From positions 20,338,001 to 20,402,000 of the forward strand of contig NC_086109.1 of the NCBI RefSeq assembly GCF_963921235.1: a stretch of DNA of 64,000 bases, given 5' to 3'. The notes beneath the pieces were generated by a model, which was given only the letters and a program-made list of their open reading frames with translations, was not told the DNA's origin and made no database searches. Of the stretch, positions 62,705 through 64,000 are shown one piece after another. Within the stretch, counting starts at the first letter, position 1, and each line of letters starts with the position of its first letter. A program made the position numbers and the translations under genes. The stretch is from Mobula hypostoma. Taxonomy: Eukaryota.

Positions 62705-63560
62705 TGTCATAATGGGGGCGTTGAGAGTGGACCAAAATGCAAGACACAGACACTGAAGTACTAGGAACAGGGCTAGGAATAGAGTTAAGGACATGACACG
62801 ACACAGACTTGGGCTAGGACTTGGCTAGGAAAGCGGGACCCGGACGAGGAACTAGGAACTAGGAGCCTGTGCTTGGACTCCCAGCCAGAGACTGGACAAG
62901 GACCCAGAACCTGGGTCTTGACTTGGGCTCGGACTCCAGATCTAGGCGAAGACAAGACATGGCTACAGGACTGGACGTGGAACTCCTGCACAGCCTTGGC
63001 TTGGACTAGATGAGGCACATGGACATGGCTTGGACTAGACGAGGTACCCCTGGGCTGGGCGAGGCACAAGGACAGGATGAGACCCCAAAGCCTTGACTTG
63101 GTCTTGGGAGACAGGAACGCAGAACACAGAGCCAGGATCCCTCCTTGGGAACAGGACATAGGACCGGGACTTATACACAGAGCACAAAGAGACAGTTTCC
63201 AACACAAGGTAGTGGCAAACAGCCAGACCTACCTAGCAAAGGCGTGGACAGAGACGGTTCCCAACACAAGGTAGCGGCAAACAGTCGGACCTACCTAGCA
63301 AAGGCATGGACACAGTGACCGTTCCCAACACAAGGTAACAGCAAACAGCCAGACCTACCTAACAAAGGCATGGACACAGAGACAGTTCCAAACAACGATA
63401 GGCAGTTCCTTATCTAGACACAGCAAGGTTCCAGTCTTGCTTCAGCAGTAGAACTTGACAGCGATACAGGCAAGGTTGCAGGCAAGTCTTCAGGCCAAGG
63501 CTTCAGGCAGAGGTTGCAGGCAAGGTTTCAGGTAAGAAAGTGAAGGAAACAGTCCAGCCA
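62705..63560 (-). mobile_element. Gypsy-type LTR (partial) with internal tandem repeats
   Basis: Minus strand ends TCTGTGTCTTGCATTTTGGTCC...ATTATGACA, typical of fish Gypsy LTR 3' ends; no internal coding sequence seen. Confidence 0.6.
63188..63395. repeat. Minisatellite, about 62-64-bp unit, a little over 3 copies
   Basis: GAGACAGTTCCCAACACAAGGTAGCGGCAAACAGCCAGACCTACCTAGCAAAGGCATGGACA repeated. Confidence 0.9.
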
Positions 63561-64000
63561 CTGAAGCTTATTCTTTTTCTTCTTTGTTTTATGGCTGTTG
63601 GCAACTAGTTTTTCAGTGCATTACCGCTACCTGCTAGACTTGTGTTCCAACCAAATATGTCCTGAAGTTCTCTACTTTAGACAATCTAGTTCAGCCTGCA
63701 GTTCTCTATTAGCATCACTCTGTAGTTGCAATTCCTCGTGAATGCTTAAGGCACTCAGTAGATAATGCCACAAACTGCTATTCTTCCCTAATTTTGTCAC
63801 ATGTTTTCATGTAGTTGCATTACCTCAATTACATTGATTTCATCTACATCACTTGTAATTCTAAAATCGTCTTGTTAAAGAATAGTAGTTATCGTAAGTT
63901 ATACTTTTGAAATTGCTGTTTTACCAAGTCTATCTGCTTTTTCCGGTTTTCCTTTTCTTGGATCATAGCCTGCAGTTGTTTACTGAGACCTTGAAGTTCT

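Noticed and set aside
63188..63395. Repeat array as CRISPR-like
   Set aside because: Units are contiguous tandem copies with no unique spacers, no cas genes are present, and the context is eukaryotic.
63925..64000. Polypyrimidine tract with AG at 63967-63968 or 63974-63975 as a splice acceptor
   Set aside because: Only about 25-30 nt of downstream sequence are visible (LQLFTETLKF in one frame), so it cannot be supported without the next window or RNA-seq.

Overview
Eukaryotic, transposon-saturated non-coding DNA (intron or gene desert). The repeat set (CR1/HER1 LINEs, HE1-like V-SINEs, a Deu-domain SINE, Neptune-type Penelope-like elements, Rex1/Babar) points to a cartilaginous fish, probably a ray; this is inference from recalled repeat families. 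I could not support any host-gene exon, and every recognisable ORF is a transposon remnant. The two largest elements are 5'-truncated CR1 LINEs (703-3745 minus; about 11715-14502 plus, with an open 567-aa RT ORF). There are also many Penelope-like elements (PLEs) carrying minimal hammerhead-ribozyme motifs, plus Rex1/Babar, RTE and L2-like fragments, Tc1, mariner, pogo and hAT MITEs, several SINE families and a Gypsy-type LTR. The most unusual object is a 99-bp TG...CA insertion with a 4-bp TSD at 11239-11337, built from three copies of a 17-bp unit around the 3' half of mature (CCA-containing) tRNA-Pro. Other notable patterns are the hammerhead-bearing and fold-back PLE derivatives, a Tc1 MITE whose terminal hairpin occurs in flip and flop orientations, and SINE tail swapping. 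Family names come from remembered motifs, not database searches, and boundaries of degenerate copies are approximate.
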